Positions 1 through 9,765 of a DNA stretch of 64,000 nucleotides are shown here, piece after piece. Positions within the stretch are counted from its first letter, which is position 1; each line of letters starts with the position of its first letter. The notes beneath the pieces are model-generated. The model was not told the origin of the DNA. It saw only the letters and a program-made list of their open reading frames with translations, and did no database searches. Position numbers and translations under genes: made by a program. Origin of the DNA: a bacterium. Its GTDB lineage: Bacteria > Bacteroidota > Ignavibacteria > SZUA-365. Location of the stretch: the NCBI GenBank assembly GCA_020444325.1, contig JAHLLD010000003.1:21572-85571 (forward strand), given 5' to 3'.

Positions 1-668
1 AAGACGAAGAAGAAATTCTCGAACTCGTCAGCTACAATCTCAGCAAGGAAGGTTATACTGTTGACAGCGTCATCTCCGGAGAAGACGCACTCAGCTACAT
101 GAAGACAAGCACCCCCGAGCTCATTCTGCTTGACCTGATGCTGCCGGGAGTCGACGGATTGGAAGTCTGCAAATCCATCAAGAACAATCCGGCGACAGCG
201 CAGGTGTCGATCATCATGCTTACCGCCCGAAGTGAGGAAGCGGATATCGTGACCGGGCTCGAGCTTGGAGCGGACGACTACATAACCAAGCCCTTCAGCC
301 GTCGCGTTCTTCTTGCGCGTGTCAAGGCCGTGCTTCGCAGAGGAAAAGAAGCGGAACAGCCGGATGACAGCGAGATTCTCCGTGTGCATGATATTGTCAT
401 CAATCCCGGCAGACACGAAGTGCTCGTCGGTGACGAGGGCGTCTCTCTTACGCTCACGGAGTTTCGGGTGCTGCATTTTCTCGCCAATCGTCCCGGCTGG
501 GTATTTACCCGTTCGCAGATTGTCGAAGCCGTGCGCGGTGACGGTTATCCGGTGACCGACCGCAGTGTCGACGTGCAGATCGTCGGATTGCGCAAGAAAC
601 TGGGTGACGCGGGCAAATATGTCGAAACAGTGAGAGGAGTCGGCTACCGCTTCGTGGAAACGCCATGA
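1..668 (+). CDS. OmpR/PhoB-family response regulator, 5' partial (receiver + winged-helix DNA-binding domain)
   Basis: Reading frame opens before the window (frame of position 3: DEEEILELVSYNLSKEGYTVDSV...). Receiver motifs LILLDLMLPGVDG and KPF, and a C-terminal winged-helix GVGYRF. Stop at 668, directly upstream of a PhoR-like kinase. Confidence 0.85.
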   Translation, partial: DEEEILELVSYNLSKEGYTVDSVISGEDALSYMKTSTPELILLDLMLPGVDGLEVCKSIKNNPATAQVSIIMLTARSEEADIVTGLELGADDYITKPFSRRVLLARVKAVLRRGKEAEQPDDSEILRVHDIVINPGRHEVLVGDEGVSLTLTEFRVLHFLANRPGWVFTRSQIVEAVRGDGYPVTDRSVDVQIVGLRKKLGDAGKYVETVRGVGYRFVETP

Positions 669-684
669 ATCCCGTGAAAACCGC

Positions 685-2490
685 ATGAAAAAAAAGCGCC
701 TGTTCTGGCAGCTGTATACATCGAATTTCCTGATCATCTTTCTCGCCCTTTTCGCTTTTACATTCTTCATCTCCAATTCCTTCAAGAACCTCCTGCTCAC
801 GCAGGTCTCCGATGATCTGGAATCCCGTGCACAACTGCTGCAAGAGGAAGTACTGCATCAGCTCAGAAATGCTGACGGCGGCACACTGGAAGATTTCTGT
901 GTGCGGCTCGGTCAGCGTTCGTCGACGCGTATTACCATTATTCTGCCTGACGGACTCGTGGTGGCGGATTCCGAACGCGATCCTGCGACGATGGATAATC
1001 ATGCGACACGTCCGGAAGTTCAGCGCGCACTGAACGGACAGATAGGGACGTCAACACGCTTCAGCGCCACATTGCAGATGAATACGATGTACGCTGCCAT
1101 TCCTCTGCGGGAGGGAGGGGAGCTCATTGGTGTACTGCGTACCGCCGTTCCGGTGAAACGGGCTGAAGAGAACGTTTCAGCACTGCAGTTGCAGATTGTG
1201 ATGGGGGGGCTCTTCATCACACTGCTCGCCGCGTTGATCAGTCTTGTACTCTCACGGCGGATCACACGTCCCATAGAACAGCTCAAGGACGGTGCGCATC
1301 GCTTCGCGGAAGGTGATCTCGACTTCCGTCTGCCGGAGCCGAATTCCGAAGAGCTTTCCGAGCTCGCCGAGGTGATGAATACCATGGCCGAGCAGCTCCA
1401 GGATCGTATTTCCATCATTGTCCAACAGCACAGCCAGCAGGATGCCGTCCTCTACAGCATGATAGAGGGGGTGCTTGCCTTCGATACGGACGAGCGACTG
1501 ATTAATATCAATCGCTCAGCTGCGGAGCTGTTGAAGGTGGATCCCGAAAAAGTACGTGGGAAAAGCATACAGGAAGTGGTGCGCAATGTCGGTCTGCAGC
1601 GTTTTGTCGAAGAAGCGCTGTCCGCAAATGACAACACCGAGGGATATGTCACACTCGTTGACGACGTTGAACGCTTCCTGCAGGTGCACGGAAGTATCCT
1701 GAAAGACGATGCGGGAATGCCGATTGGACTCCTCGTTGTGCTCAACGATGTTACCGAGTTGCGCACTCTGGAGAACGTTCGCCGTGACTTCGTGGCCAAC
1801 GTCTCTCATGAGTTGAAAACACCGATCACGAGTATCAAGGGATTCGTCGAGACCCTGCTCGACGGCGCGATCAACGATCGCGACGATGCCCTGCGCTTTC
1901 TCGGCATCGTTTCCCGACAGGCCGATCGCCTCAATGCCATCATCGAAGATCTTCTCAGTCTGTCCCGCATCGAGCAGGCGGGCGATACCGAGGAAATCAG
2001 TCTCGCACCCGGTTCTGTGCATGATGCGCTGCAATCCGCCATGCAGGTGTGTCAACACGATGCAGAGCAGAAAAACATTATTCTGCAGCTGGACTGCGAC
2101 GGCGACATCAGTGCACGCATGAATCCACCTCTGCTCGAGCAGGCACTGGTGAATCTCGTGAACAACGCGATCAAGTATTCTGAAGCGGGAAAGCGCGTCT
2201 GGCTGTCGGCCGCGGTGGACGATATGCAGAAAGTGCATATTTCCGTGAGAGATGAGGGATATGGCATCGAAGCCGAGCACCTTCCGCGGCTATTCGAACG
2301 CTTCTACCGTATCGATAAGGCCAGAAGTCGGAAGATGGGCGGGACCGGACTCGGACTCGCCATCGTCAAGCATATTGCACAGGCGCATCACGGTGTTGTC
2401 ACCGTCGAGAGCTCGCCCGGCAGTGGAAGCAAATTCACCATCATCATTCCTGTCGCAGGCGACGCAAACGGAAGCGGCGAAACAGCATAG
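685..2490 (+). CDS. PhoR-like sensor histidine kinase (2 TM, HAMP, PAS, HisKA, HATPase_c)
   Basis: 601 aa. N-terminal TM helix, second TM near aa 170. H-box VSHELKTPITSI, then N/G1/G2 boxes (NLVNNAIKYS, DEGYGI, GGTGLGLAIV). 16 bp downstream of the response regulator. Confidence 0.85.
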   Translation: MKKKRLFWQLYTSNFLIIFLALFAFTFFISNSFKNLLLTQVSDDLESRAQLLQEEVLHQLRNADGGTLEDFCVRLGQRSSTRITIILPDGLVVADSERDPATMDNHATRPEVQRALNGQIGTSTRFSATLQMNTMYAAIPLREGGELIGVLRTAVPVKRAEENVSALQLQIVMGGLFITLLAALISLVLSRRITRPIEQLKDGAHRFAEGDLDFRLPEPNSEELSELAEVMNTMAEQLQDRISIIVQQHSQQDAVLYSMIEGVLAFDTDERLININRSAAELLKVDPEKVRGKSIQEVVRNVGLQRFVEEALSANDNTEGYVTLVDDVERFLQVHGSILKDDAGMPIGLLVVLNDVTELRTLENVRRDFVANVSHELKTPITSIKGFVETLLDGAINDRDDALRFLGIVSRQADRLNAIIEDLLSLSRIEQAGDTEEISLAPGSVHDALQSAMQVCQHDAEQKNIILQLDCDGDISARMNPPLLEQALVNLVNNAIKYSEAGKRVWLSAAVDDMQKVHISVRDEGYGIEAEHLPRLFERFYRIDKARSRKMGGTGLGLAIVKHIAQAHHGVVTVESSPGSGSKFTIIIPVAGDANGSGETA

Positions 2491-2536
2491 TACCTGAGGT
2501 CAGGAATCACTATTTTCCCGAGAACTCTATATCCCG

Positions 2537-3241
2537 ATGCCAACATCACCAGGTAACTTTACAGAACCGCTGAAGCGCAAATTGCTCAAGCTTTGTGCGC
2601 TCGTGGAGGAAAATGCTCGACGCTGCATTCTGTCGGTGCGTACGCGCGACAGGCAGGCCGCACAGAATGTCATCGAAGCTGATCACCCGATTGATGTGCT
2701 GGAAATCGAGATCGAGGAGCACTGCGTGCGACTGTTTCAGGTTGGAGGCCTCTCTGCATCCGACGTTCGTTATGTTGTTGGTATCCTGAAGATCAACAGC
2801 GATCTCGAGCGTGTAGGTGATCTTGCGGCCAACATTGCCCGGCGTGTGCTGTCCATTGGTCAACATGAACAACTGGCACTGCCCAATGAACTGATGGAGA
2901 TCGCGGAACGCACGCTCGCCATGCTGACTGCCAGTCTCGACGCGCTCGTGCATATGGATACAGGAATGGCGCGGGAGGTGTGCTCAATGGATAATCGCGT
3001 CGACCTGCTTTACCGGCACATGTACGACCTCGTGCGCGACCGCATACAGGCCAATCCCGTACAGACCGAGCGACTCATACACATGCTCGGGCTCGCGCGC
3101 TCGATGGAACGGATCGCGGACTACAGCACAAACATCGCAGAAAACGTTGTCTTCATTCACGAGGGTCGAATCATTCGGCATGGAAGGGACACGGAAGACA
3201 GTGGCGATGCCAGACGAGAAACACAATCTCCTTCCACATAA
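2537..3241 (+). CDS. phoU: Phosphate signalling complex protein PhoU
   Basis: 234 aa. Two PhoU repeats with conserved D-L-E-R-x-G-D (DLERVGDLAANIARR) and a second repeat ERIADYSTNIAE. Sits between the phoR-like kinase and a PiT transporter. Confidence 0.8.
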   Translation: MPTSPGNFTEPLKRKLLKLCALVEENARRCILSVRTRDRQAAQNVIEADHPIDVLEIEIEEHCVRLFQVGGLSASDVRYVVGILKINSDLERVGDLAANIARRVLSIGQHEQLALPNELMEIAERTLAMLTASLDALVHMDTGMAREVCSMDNRVDLLYRHMYDLVRDRIQANPVQTERLIHMLGLARSMERIADYSTNIAENVVFIHEGRIIRHGRDTEDSGDARRETQSPST

Positions 3242-3253
3242 TCTACTTGCGAC

Positions 3254-5530
3254 ATGGAAATTTTTATTGTCATTCTGATCATTCTGCTGGCAGCCGCCAT
3301 CATTGACCTGATGGTAGGTGTCGCCAACGATGCGGTGAACTTCCTGAACTCCGCCATCGGTGCAAAGGTGGCGCCCCGCTTCGTCATCATGATCATCGCG
3401 ACACTGGGTATTGTCGTCGGTGTCACGTTTTCCAGCGGACTGATGGAGGTCGCGCGGAAAGGTATATTCAATCCGCAGCTGCTGACATTTCCGGAGGTCA
3501 TGTTCATCTTTGTGGCAACCATGCTCACGGATGTCCTGCTGCTTGATTTCTTCAACACCTTCGGACTCCCGACCTCTACGACGGTATCACTGGTGTTCGA
3601 GCTGCTCGGTTCCGCATTTGCAATCGCGGTGATCAAGGTACTCACGAATGGTGACGGTGGGATTGCCGAAGTGTTTACCTACATCAACACAGCCAGTGTG
3701 TTTAAAATCCTCTTTGGTATAGTAGCATCGGTGATCGTCGCTTTCATTGTCGGTTCACTGGTGCAGTACTTCTCGCGCATGCTCTTCACATTCGAGTATG
3801 GAAAGCGGCTCAAGCGATACGGATCGCTCTGGGGCGGTTTTGCACTGGCGGCGCTTTCCTACTTCATGATGGTCAAGGGCGCCAAGGGGGCTTCTTTCCT
3901 CACACCTGAGGACGCTGCCTGGCTCAAAGATCACACGCTGATCATCGCATCGCTTTCGTTTGCCGGTTGGACGGTGATTCTGCAGCTGCTGGTTTGGACG
4001 TTTAAAATAAACGTGTTCAAACCTATCGTCCTTGCCGGGACCTTCGCACTGGCACTCGCCTTTGCAGCAAATGACCTTGTGAACTTTATCGGGGCTCCGA
4101 TGGGCGGACTCGCTGCATACATGAAAGTCAACGCAGCAGGGGATATATGGAGCCAGACCATGGAATCGCTTGCCGAGCCGGTACGTGCGAATACATGGAT
4201 TCTGCTGTTGGCCGGTGTTATCATGGCGATCACATTATGGATTAACAAGAAAGCACGTACGGTAACTGCAACCTCAGTGAATCTGGGACGGCAGTCGGAA
4301 GGATTCGAGCGCTTTGAATCCATCGCCCCGGCACGTTCCATCGTGCGTATCGTGCTGGCAATATTCAAGTTCGTTTCCCTCATCGTGCCTGACAGCCTGA
4401 AAAGGAGAGTGGAAGGAAGGTTTGACACCAGCAAATACCGTCCGGAGCCCGATGAAAACGGTGATTATCCCGCATTTGATCTTCTGCGAGCCGCGGTGAA
4501 CCTTATTGTGGCCGCATTGCTGATCTCCTTCGGCACGTCACTGAAACTGCCGCTTTCCACCACGTATGTCACCTTCATGGTGTCCATGGCAACCGCATTG
4601 CCGGACAGGGCATGGGGACGTGATTCCGCTGTCTATCGTGTATCCGGCGTACTGACCGTGATCGGAGGATGGTTCTTTACCGCCTTCATCGCGTCCACCG
4701 CGGCCGGTATCATTGCAACAATTATTTACTTCACCGAGCTGCCCGGACTGATCATCCTTTCAATCCTTGCAGGCTTCCTTTTGATTCGTTCGGTTCGTGT
4801 TCACCGCCAGCGTGAGCGAGAGGCCGCCGAGTCCGAGAAACGCTTCAGTACGCACCAGAAGGACATCGACGAAGCGCTGCAATCGCTCAAGGATGACCTG
4901 AGCAGTACCATCAAGACCGCGACGGAGATTGTGACACGCACATTCAAGGGACTTTCTTCGGAAGATCGCCTCGAGCTGCGCGAAGCACGGAATATTTCAA
5001 AGATGCTTCAAAAGCAGGGCAAGGGTATGACGGCGAGCATATTGCGTACCTCGTCAATGGAAGCGGCAGATGAAGCGATCGAAAACAAAACCTATGCAGA
5101 AGCCATGAGTTCGCTGCAGCTGCTGCTCCGCAGCCTCCGGCATATGGCGACGCAGACGCACGATCATATTGACAATAATCATGAGGGACTGTCCGAACTG
5201 CAGGTCGAGGACCTGGATGCTATTGCGAAAGATCTGCGAAAAGAACTCAAGCGCATCGCCAACGGCATCGGCCAGGCTGATTTTTCAAATATCAACAAGG
5301 TCGCTGAAGCCGCGGAAGAGCTGAAAAGCAAAATCCGTAAAGCGGACAAGCAGCAGCTCAAGCGCTCGAAAAAGGAAAAATACACGACGCGTACAAGCCT
5401 GCTCTATCTTGAACTCCTCACCGAGTGCGAGGAAATTATCCATCACGCCCAACATCTCTACGTCCTCTGTCAGAAGTGCTACGAGGGTGGCAAGCCCGCT
5501 GCTTCCTCGGAGAACTCGTCCAGGGAATGA
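3254..5530 (+). CDS. PiT-family inorganic phosphate transporter with a long C-terminal cytoplasmic coiled-coil extension
   Basis: 758 aa. Duplicated PiT signature G-x-A-N-D-x-V-N (GVANDAVNFLNSAIGAK and AANDLVNFIGAPMG) and multiple TM helices. The last ~220 aa are hydrophilic and charged. Confidence 0.75.
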   Translation: MEIFIVILIILLAAAIIDLMVGVANDAVNFLNSAIGAKVAPRFVIMIIATLGIVVGVTFSSGLMEVARKGIFNPQLLTFPEVMFIFVATMLTDVLLLDFFNTFGLPTSTTVSLVFELLGSAFAIAVIKVLTNGDGGIAEVFTYINTASVFKILFGIVASVIVAFIVGSLVQYFSRMLFTFEYGKRLKRYGSLWGGFALAALSYFMMVKGAKGASFLTPEDAAWLKDHTLIIASLSFAGWTVILQLLVWTFKINVFKPIVLAGTFALALAFAANDLVNFIGAPMGGLAAYMKVNAAGDIWSQTMESLAEPVRANTWILLLAGVIMAITLWINKKARTVTATSVNLGRQSEGFERFESIAPARSIVRIVLAIFKFVSLIVPDSLKRRVEGRFDTSKYRPEPDENGDYPAFDLLRAAVNLIVAALLISFGTSLKLPLSTTYVTFMVSMATALPDRAWGRDSAVYRVSGVLTVIGGWFFTAFIASTAAGIIATIIYFTELPGLIILSILAGFLLIRSVRVHRQREREAAESEKRFSTHQKDIDEALQSLKDDLSSTIKTATEIVTRTFKGLSSEDRLELREARNISKMLQKQGKGMTASILRTSSMEAADEAIENKTYAEAMSSLQLLLRSLRHMATQTHDHIDNNHEGLSELQVEDLDAIAKDLRKELKRIANGIGQADFSNINKVAEAAEELKSKIRKADKQQLKRSKKEKYTTRTSLLYLELLTECEEIIHHAQHLYVLCQKCYEGGKPAASSENSSRE

Positions 5531-5594
5531 GTGCGTTGCGGATGGAAAGATAGAAGGATGGAACGATGGAAAGATCGGTTGACTGATCTATGAA

Positions 5595-5632
5595 GAAAAC
5601 GACCCCGGTGCTGGAGCGCCGGGGTCGTTTTC
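5595..5632. terminator. Bidirectional rho-independent terminator between convergent pit and porin genes
   Basis: GC stem GACCCCGG...CCGGGGTC flanked by an A-run (gaaaac) upstream and a T-run (gttttc) downstream. Confidence 0.5.
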
Positions 5633-5654
5633 AATCATTCCTTTTTCCGATTCA

Positions 5655-6815
5655 TCAGAACGTGTATTCCACATTGAACGTGACCGCTTCAAAGGTCACG
5701 TTCCCTCTGTAGTTGGTGGTGCGTTCGTAGTCGAGGAGGAGCTTGTTCCTTCTGCTGATTCTGTATGCTAGACCGGCGATAATGCGATCATTGCTCATGA
5801 GGTTGTCTATGCCGAGACCATAAAACCCAGAGGTTTCAGGGAATTCTTCCTCGGCCTCGTCGTACCGGCCGATGACACTGATCGGCGTCGATGGCAATTT
5901 GAACTCAGCGAAGAATGATGTGCCGTTCAGGTCCATCGGATAACCATCGCCCGTGACATCGTTGCCTGAGCTGTTCCCACTGCCGTTGAAAAGCGTCGCC
6001 GTCAGCACGAAGAATTCATGCTCGTAGGAGACAAATCCGAGATGCATGTTCCAGTCCAAATCCTCCGCGATATTCCCCTTACCAAATGCACCGCTATAGC
6101 TGATTTGCAGTCCCGGCAGGAAATCGGGCAAGGGACGAAGCGTGAGGCGTCCTTCAATCGTCTTGTTGGTATTGCGTTCGATTGCGTGATATCCACCACC
6201 ATTGAATACGCCGACCGCGATACTCCCATAGCGCCCGGGATATTTTGAACTCACGTGCTTTTTGTATTCATCGTCTATTTCGCCACCAAGGAGTGTGCTT
6301 GCCTTGGTACCGAAATCCGCAGAGTTGATGATGCCAATACTTTCGATGAACATGTATCCCTGCACGCGATAGTGATTGATCTTCTGCTCGAAGTTCAGCC
6401 AGGGACGTGCGATAAGACCGAACTCGATCGCCGGTTTGGTGAAGACAGTAAAATCTGGCAGATCCGCCTTGATGAAACAGTACTTGAGCCGTAACGCAAG
6501 ATTTCCCTCTTCATCACCATCCCGGTCGACAGTGATGTCCGGCGTGATACGTCCGTAGAATCCGGGAAGCAGTTCCTTGCTCACGTTGATATACCCGCGA
6601 TTAATCACAAAATCACTGAAGGGAGTGTTCCCGCGACTGCCGGTCTCGAAAGCGATAAAGAACTGTCCGGAAACGGAAACCTCACTCGGATCAAAGATCG
6701 CCCTGACAATGGATTCAAGTGAATCGCCGTCAGTGGGAGGGGAGGGGAGGTTGCTGGCGTGGGCAGCTGAACAGGAGCATACCAGAGCCAGGCAAGTGAT
6801 CAGTGAGAGTCTCAT
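5655..6815 (-). CDS. Outer-membrane beta-barrel porin-like protein (possibly a phosphate-selective porin, given the Pho context)
   Basis: 386 aa. Signal peptide MRLSLITCLALVCSCSAAHA, alternating amphipathic beta-strand pattern, C-terminal aromatic ...NVEYTF. Convergent with pit. Confidence 0.55.
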   Translation of the reverse strand: MRLSLITCLALVCSCSAAHASNLPSPPTDGDSLESIVRAIFDPSEVSVSGQFFIAFETGSRGNTPFSDFVINRGYINVSKELLPGFYGRITPDITVDRDGDEEGNLALRLKYCFIKADLPDFTVFTKPAIEFGLIARPWLNFEQKINHYRVQGYMFIESIGIINSADFGTKASTLLGGEIDDEYKKHVSSKYPGRYGSIAVGVFNGGGYHAIERNTNKTIEGRLTLRPLPDFLPGLQISYSGAFGKGNIAEDLDWNMHLGFVSYEHEFFVLTATLFNGSGNSSGNDVTGDGYPMDLNGTSFFAEFKLPSTPISVIGRYDEAEEEFPETSGFYGLGIDNLMSNDRIIAGLAYRISRRNKLLLDYERTTNYRGNVTFEAVTFNVEYTF

Positions 6816-6987
6816 TGCAGGATTCCTGATTGTGGGATGCCATGAAGAGATGTCGGGAGGAGCGTGTCTCGGAAAAAGGAATCAGGAGTAAGTATGCCGA
6901 ATATCCTGGAGTTGTACAAAGACGGTATCCAACTCGCAGCTTTTCGCTTGCTGTGGAATCCCATATATTCCGCTTTCTGAGAAGGCC

Positions 6988-7905
6988 ATGAAGCAGCAAA
7001 GCCAGGCATACATATACGCTCTCTCGGCCATAGCACTCTGGTCGACGGTCGCTTCCGCGTTCAAGCTTTCGCTCGGGGAAACCGGAGTCGTGGAACTGCT
7101 TTTCGTTTCGACCATTGTGTCCCTGATCGCTCTCTTCGTTTCGGCATATATGCGTGGCAGACTGCATGATCTGCGCAGGTGGCCGCGTAGGGAGTGGTGG
7201 TCGTCGGCATTCCTCGGACTGCTGAACCCTTTCCTGTATTACATCGTCCTTTTCCGTGCGTACGACCTCCTGCCAGCGCAGGAAGCGCAGCCCCTCAATT
7301 ACACGTGGCCTGTCGTTCTCGTGCTGCTTTCAGCTGTTTTGCTCAGGCAGCCTCTGCGGGCCCGCAGTGTGGTGGCGCTGCTTGTCAGTTTCTCCGGCGT
7401 CGCAGTCATATCCCTCAGGGGAAATATGCAGAATCTGCATATTTCCAACGTAGAAGGCGTGTCACTGGCCGTGGGAAGCTCATTGATCTGGTCGCTGTAC
7501 TGGATTTTCACCATGAAGAGTAAAACAGACGCGCTGCTCAAACTAGCGGTGAATTTTCTTTTCGGCAGTCTGTATGTAACGGTACTTGCGGTGGCGACGG
7601 GAGCGGTGTGGGACCTGAGTACGGGAGGGGTGCTGGGATCGGTGTATGTCGGACTCTTTGAAATGGGTGTGACATTCATGCTCTGGATGCGTGCGCTGGA
7701 AATGAGCAGCAGCACAGCACGTATCGGCAACCTGGTCTTCCTGTCTCCCTTTTTATCACTGATTATTATTCATTTCGTCGTTGGCGAGGAAATCTATTCC
7801 TCCACACCGGTGGGATTACTGCTGATCGTAAGCGGGATTGTACTGCAGAAAATTGGGGAACGGCGCAGGGTCAGTCCCCGAAAAGTGCGTCCATCAGGCG
7901 GTTGA
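6988..7905 (+). CDS. EamA/DMT-superfamily permease
   Basis: 305 aa, about 10 TM helices in two halves; a typical EamA-like profile (AIALWSTVASAFK...). Confidence 0.7.
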   Translation: MKQQSQAYIYALSAIALWSTVASAFKLSLGETGVVELLFVSTIVSLIALFVSAYMRGRLHDLRRWPRREWWSSAFLGLLNPFLYYIVLFRAYDLLPAQEAQPLNYTWPVVLVLLSAVLLRQPLRARSVVALLVSFSGVAVISLRGNMQNLHISNVEGVSLAVGSSLIWSLYWIFTMKSKTDALLKLAVNFLFGSLYVTVLAVATGAVWDLSTGGVLGSVYVGLFEMGVTFMLWMRALEMSSSTARIGNLVFLSPFLSLIIIHFVVGEEIYSSTPVGLLLIVSGIVLQKIGERRRVSPRKVRPSGG

Positions 7906-8941
7906 ACGGACTCTCCCGTTTCATAGGATTCCGTTTTACCCAGTTCCGGTACCGTGTGCTGCGAACCAGGCCAATCGGACCATCGTATATTCCACCGTGC
8001 ATGAAACCATCGAAGACACGAACGGCAATGACATTGTCTCCCCTTGCGCGCAACAGAGACTGCGGCACGGTGTAGGCTCGCAATCTGTCGTACGTATCAT
8101 CGTGTCCGTAGGTACCTCCCTCTGTAGGCATGAGCCCGGTTTTCCCAATGCGCTTTCCGTTGAGCCAGACTTCGTCTACATCATCGATTTTCCCGAGCAG
8201 CAGTACGAGCGTCTCATTTTTCAATGCGGGATCCAGCGAGAAATGACGACGATACCATCCGAAGCCTTCATAATTGCGAAGTCCCTGCGTCTCCCAGTAT
8301 ATCGGAACGAAAACATCCGGCCATGAACTGTCGTCAACCGTCGGGTCGCTCCATTCGGGCAGATCACCGCGGCGCAGTTTCCAGTTGCCACGGAGGGACT
8401 GATCCGGAACGAGATAATCAGTTTGCTGATACACACCAAGATTACCGCGAAGGATGCCACCGGATAATTCACGGTCATACACACGTACCGCGATGACATT
8501 GTCGCCGGTGAAATTCACGTATTCGTAGGGGAGGTAGTACCACCGTTTATCCGCAAAGGCAGACATGTAATGCGGAGGAGGAACCCCTTGAAAGCCGACC
8601 AGCCGTCCGTTCACATACACTTCATCAACATCGTCAATGGTACCGAGAAACAGGTACAACGCATCGAAATCATGTCCCTCGGGCATACGAAAATGCTTGC
8701 GATACCAGGCCCAGCCGTCATAGCCCGGGTAGCCCTGATCCTCCCATGCGTCAGGAGCGTGTATCAGATCCCATCCCGAGTCACCGTAATCGACCCGGGC
8801 CCGCGCGCTGTCATCCCCGATTTCAAAACGCCATTCGCCGCGCAGATCCACGATGCGCTGCATGTCCTGCGCCCGGGACGCCTGACCGGGCAGAAGGAGC
8901 AGCAGTGTGAACAGGACGATATGTGCGTTGTGTGAGATCAT
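7871..8941 (-). CDS. Secreted protein with two tandem GH2-N-type (galactose-binding-like) sugar-binding domains and no catalytic domain
   Basis: Signal peptide MISHNAHIVLFTLLLLLPGQASRAQ (internal start of the 392-aa ORF). Two copies of W-x-F...GW.WYR+HF...DDVDEV[YW][VL]NG+..G...N[VI]IAVRV[YF]D, matching the beta-galactosidase/glucuronidase N-terminal jelly-roll. Confidence 0.6.
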   Translation of the reverse strand: MISHNAHIVLFTLLLLLPGQASRAQDMQRIVDLRGEWRFEIGDDSARARVDYGDSGWDLIHAPDAWEDQGYPGYDGWAWYRKHFRMPEGHDFDALYLFLGTIDDVDEVYVNGRLVGFQGVPPPHYMSAFADKRWYYLPYEYVNFTGDNVIAVRVYDRELSGGILRGNLGVYQQTDYLVPDQSLRGNWKLRRGDLPEWSDPTVDDSSWPDVFVPIYWETQGLRNYEGFGWYRRHFSLDPALKNETLVLLLGKIDDVDEVWLNGKRIGKTGLMPTEGGTYGHDDTYDRLRAYTVPQSLLRARGDNVIAVRVFDGFMHGGIYDGPIGLVRSTRYRNWVKRNPMKRESPFNRLMDALFGD

Positions 8942-9063
8942 GCTCTCTACGAATCCGGGCGGTGTGCCGCAAGGCACATGGGTGGTATGCAGTTTCAAAC
9001 TACGAAAAGCGCGTAAAGCCGGTGTTGCAGCCGCGTAAAAGTATGTCACCGGATGTCACCGCT

Positions 9064-9747
9064 TCATGGAAGCAGCTTGTACCCGATGCCATGCACGGTG
9101 AGAATGTGCCGCGGGTGGGAGGGATCGTGCTCAATTTTCTGCCGCAGTTTCAGGATGAAATTGTCGATCGAGCGTGTGGAAATACTTTCGTCATATCCCC
9201 AGACATCCGTCAGCAGCTGATCACGGCTCACGGTTTGCCGCGGTCGCTCATGCAGGTAACGCAGGACTTCGAATTCCTTGTGGGACAGCGGGATATCGGT
9301 GCCTTCTTCCGATGCCGAATATCCCTCGAAATCCACCGAGAGACGTCCGATGACAGCTGCGTCACCCGTCAGTGACGTTGCATTGCGTGTACGGCGAAGT
9401 ACGGCTTTGACACGCGCCAACAGCTCCCGCAGGCTGAATGGTTTTGTGATATAGTCGTCGGCGCCGAGTTCGAGTCCGAGCACGCGATCGATTTCCTCGC
9501 CCTTTGCCGTCAGCATTATGATCGGTGTGTCCACGCCTGATGCACGTGCAGCGCGGCAGACGTCGAAGCCGTTTATGCCGGGCATCATCACATCGAGGAG
9601 AATCAGATCAGCCGCCGTATCGCGAATGAGCTCGAGTCCGGCATTGCCGTCGCCGGCTTCCGCGGTTTCGTATCCCTCGAAATGCAGATTGTCTACGAGT
9701 CCCCTGCGCATGTCCGCTTCGTCATCAATGACAAGAATCATGGCCAT
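9064..9747 (-). CDS. OmpR-family response regulator
   Basis: 227 aa. Receiver ILVIDDE...LILLDVMMPGINGFDV...KPF, winged-helix C-terminus (HGIGYKL). Confidence 0.85.
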   Translation of the reverse strand: MAMILVIDDEADMRRGLVDNLHFEGYETAEAGDGNAGLELIRDTAADLILLDVMMPGINGFDVCRAARASGVDTPIIMLTAKGEEIDRVLGLELGADDYITKPFSLRELLARVKAVLRRTRNATSLTGDAAVIGRLSVDFEGYSASEEGTDIPLSHKEFEVLRYLHERPRQTVSRDQLLTDVWGYDESISTRSIDNFILKLRQKIEHDPSHPRHILTVHGIGYKLLP

Positions 9748-9765
9748 GGTATCACCTTTTGCTTC

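Noticed and set aside
1516-2280. 254-aa ORF antisense to the phoR-like gene (and similar antisense ORFs 1020-1418, 1452-1799)
   Set aside because: Lies entirely inside a well-supported kinase gene on the opposite strand with no recognisable motifs. Long antisense ORFs are expected in high-GC DNA.
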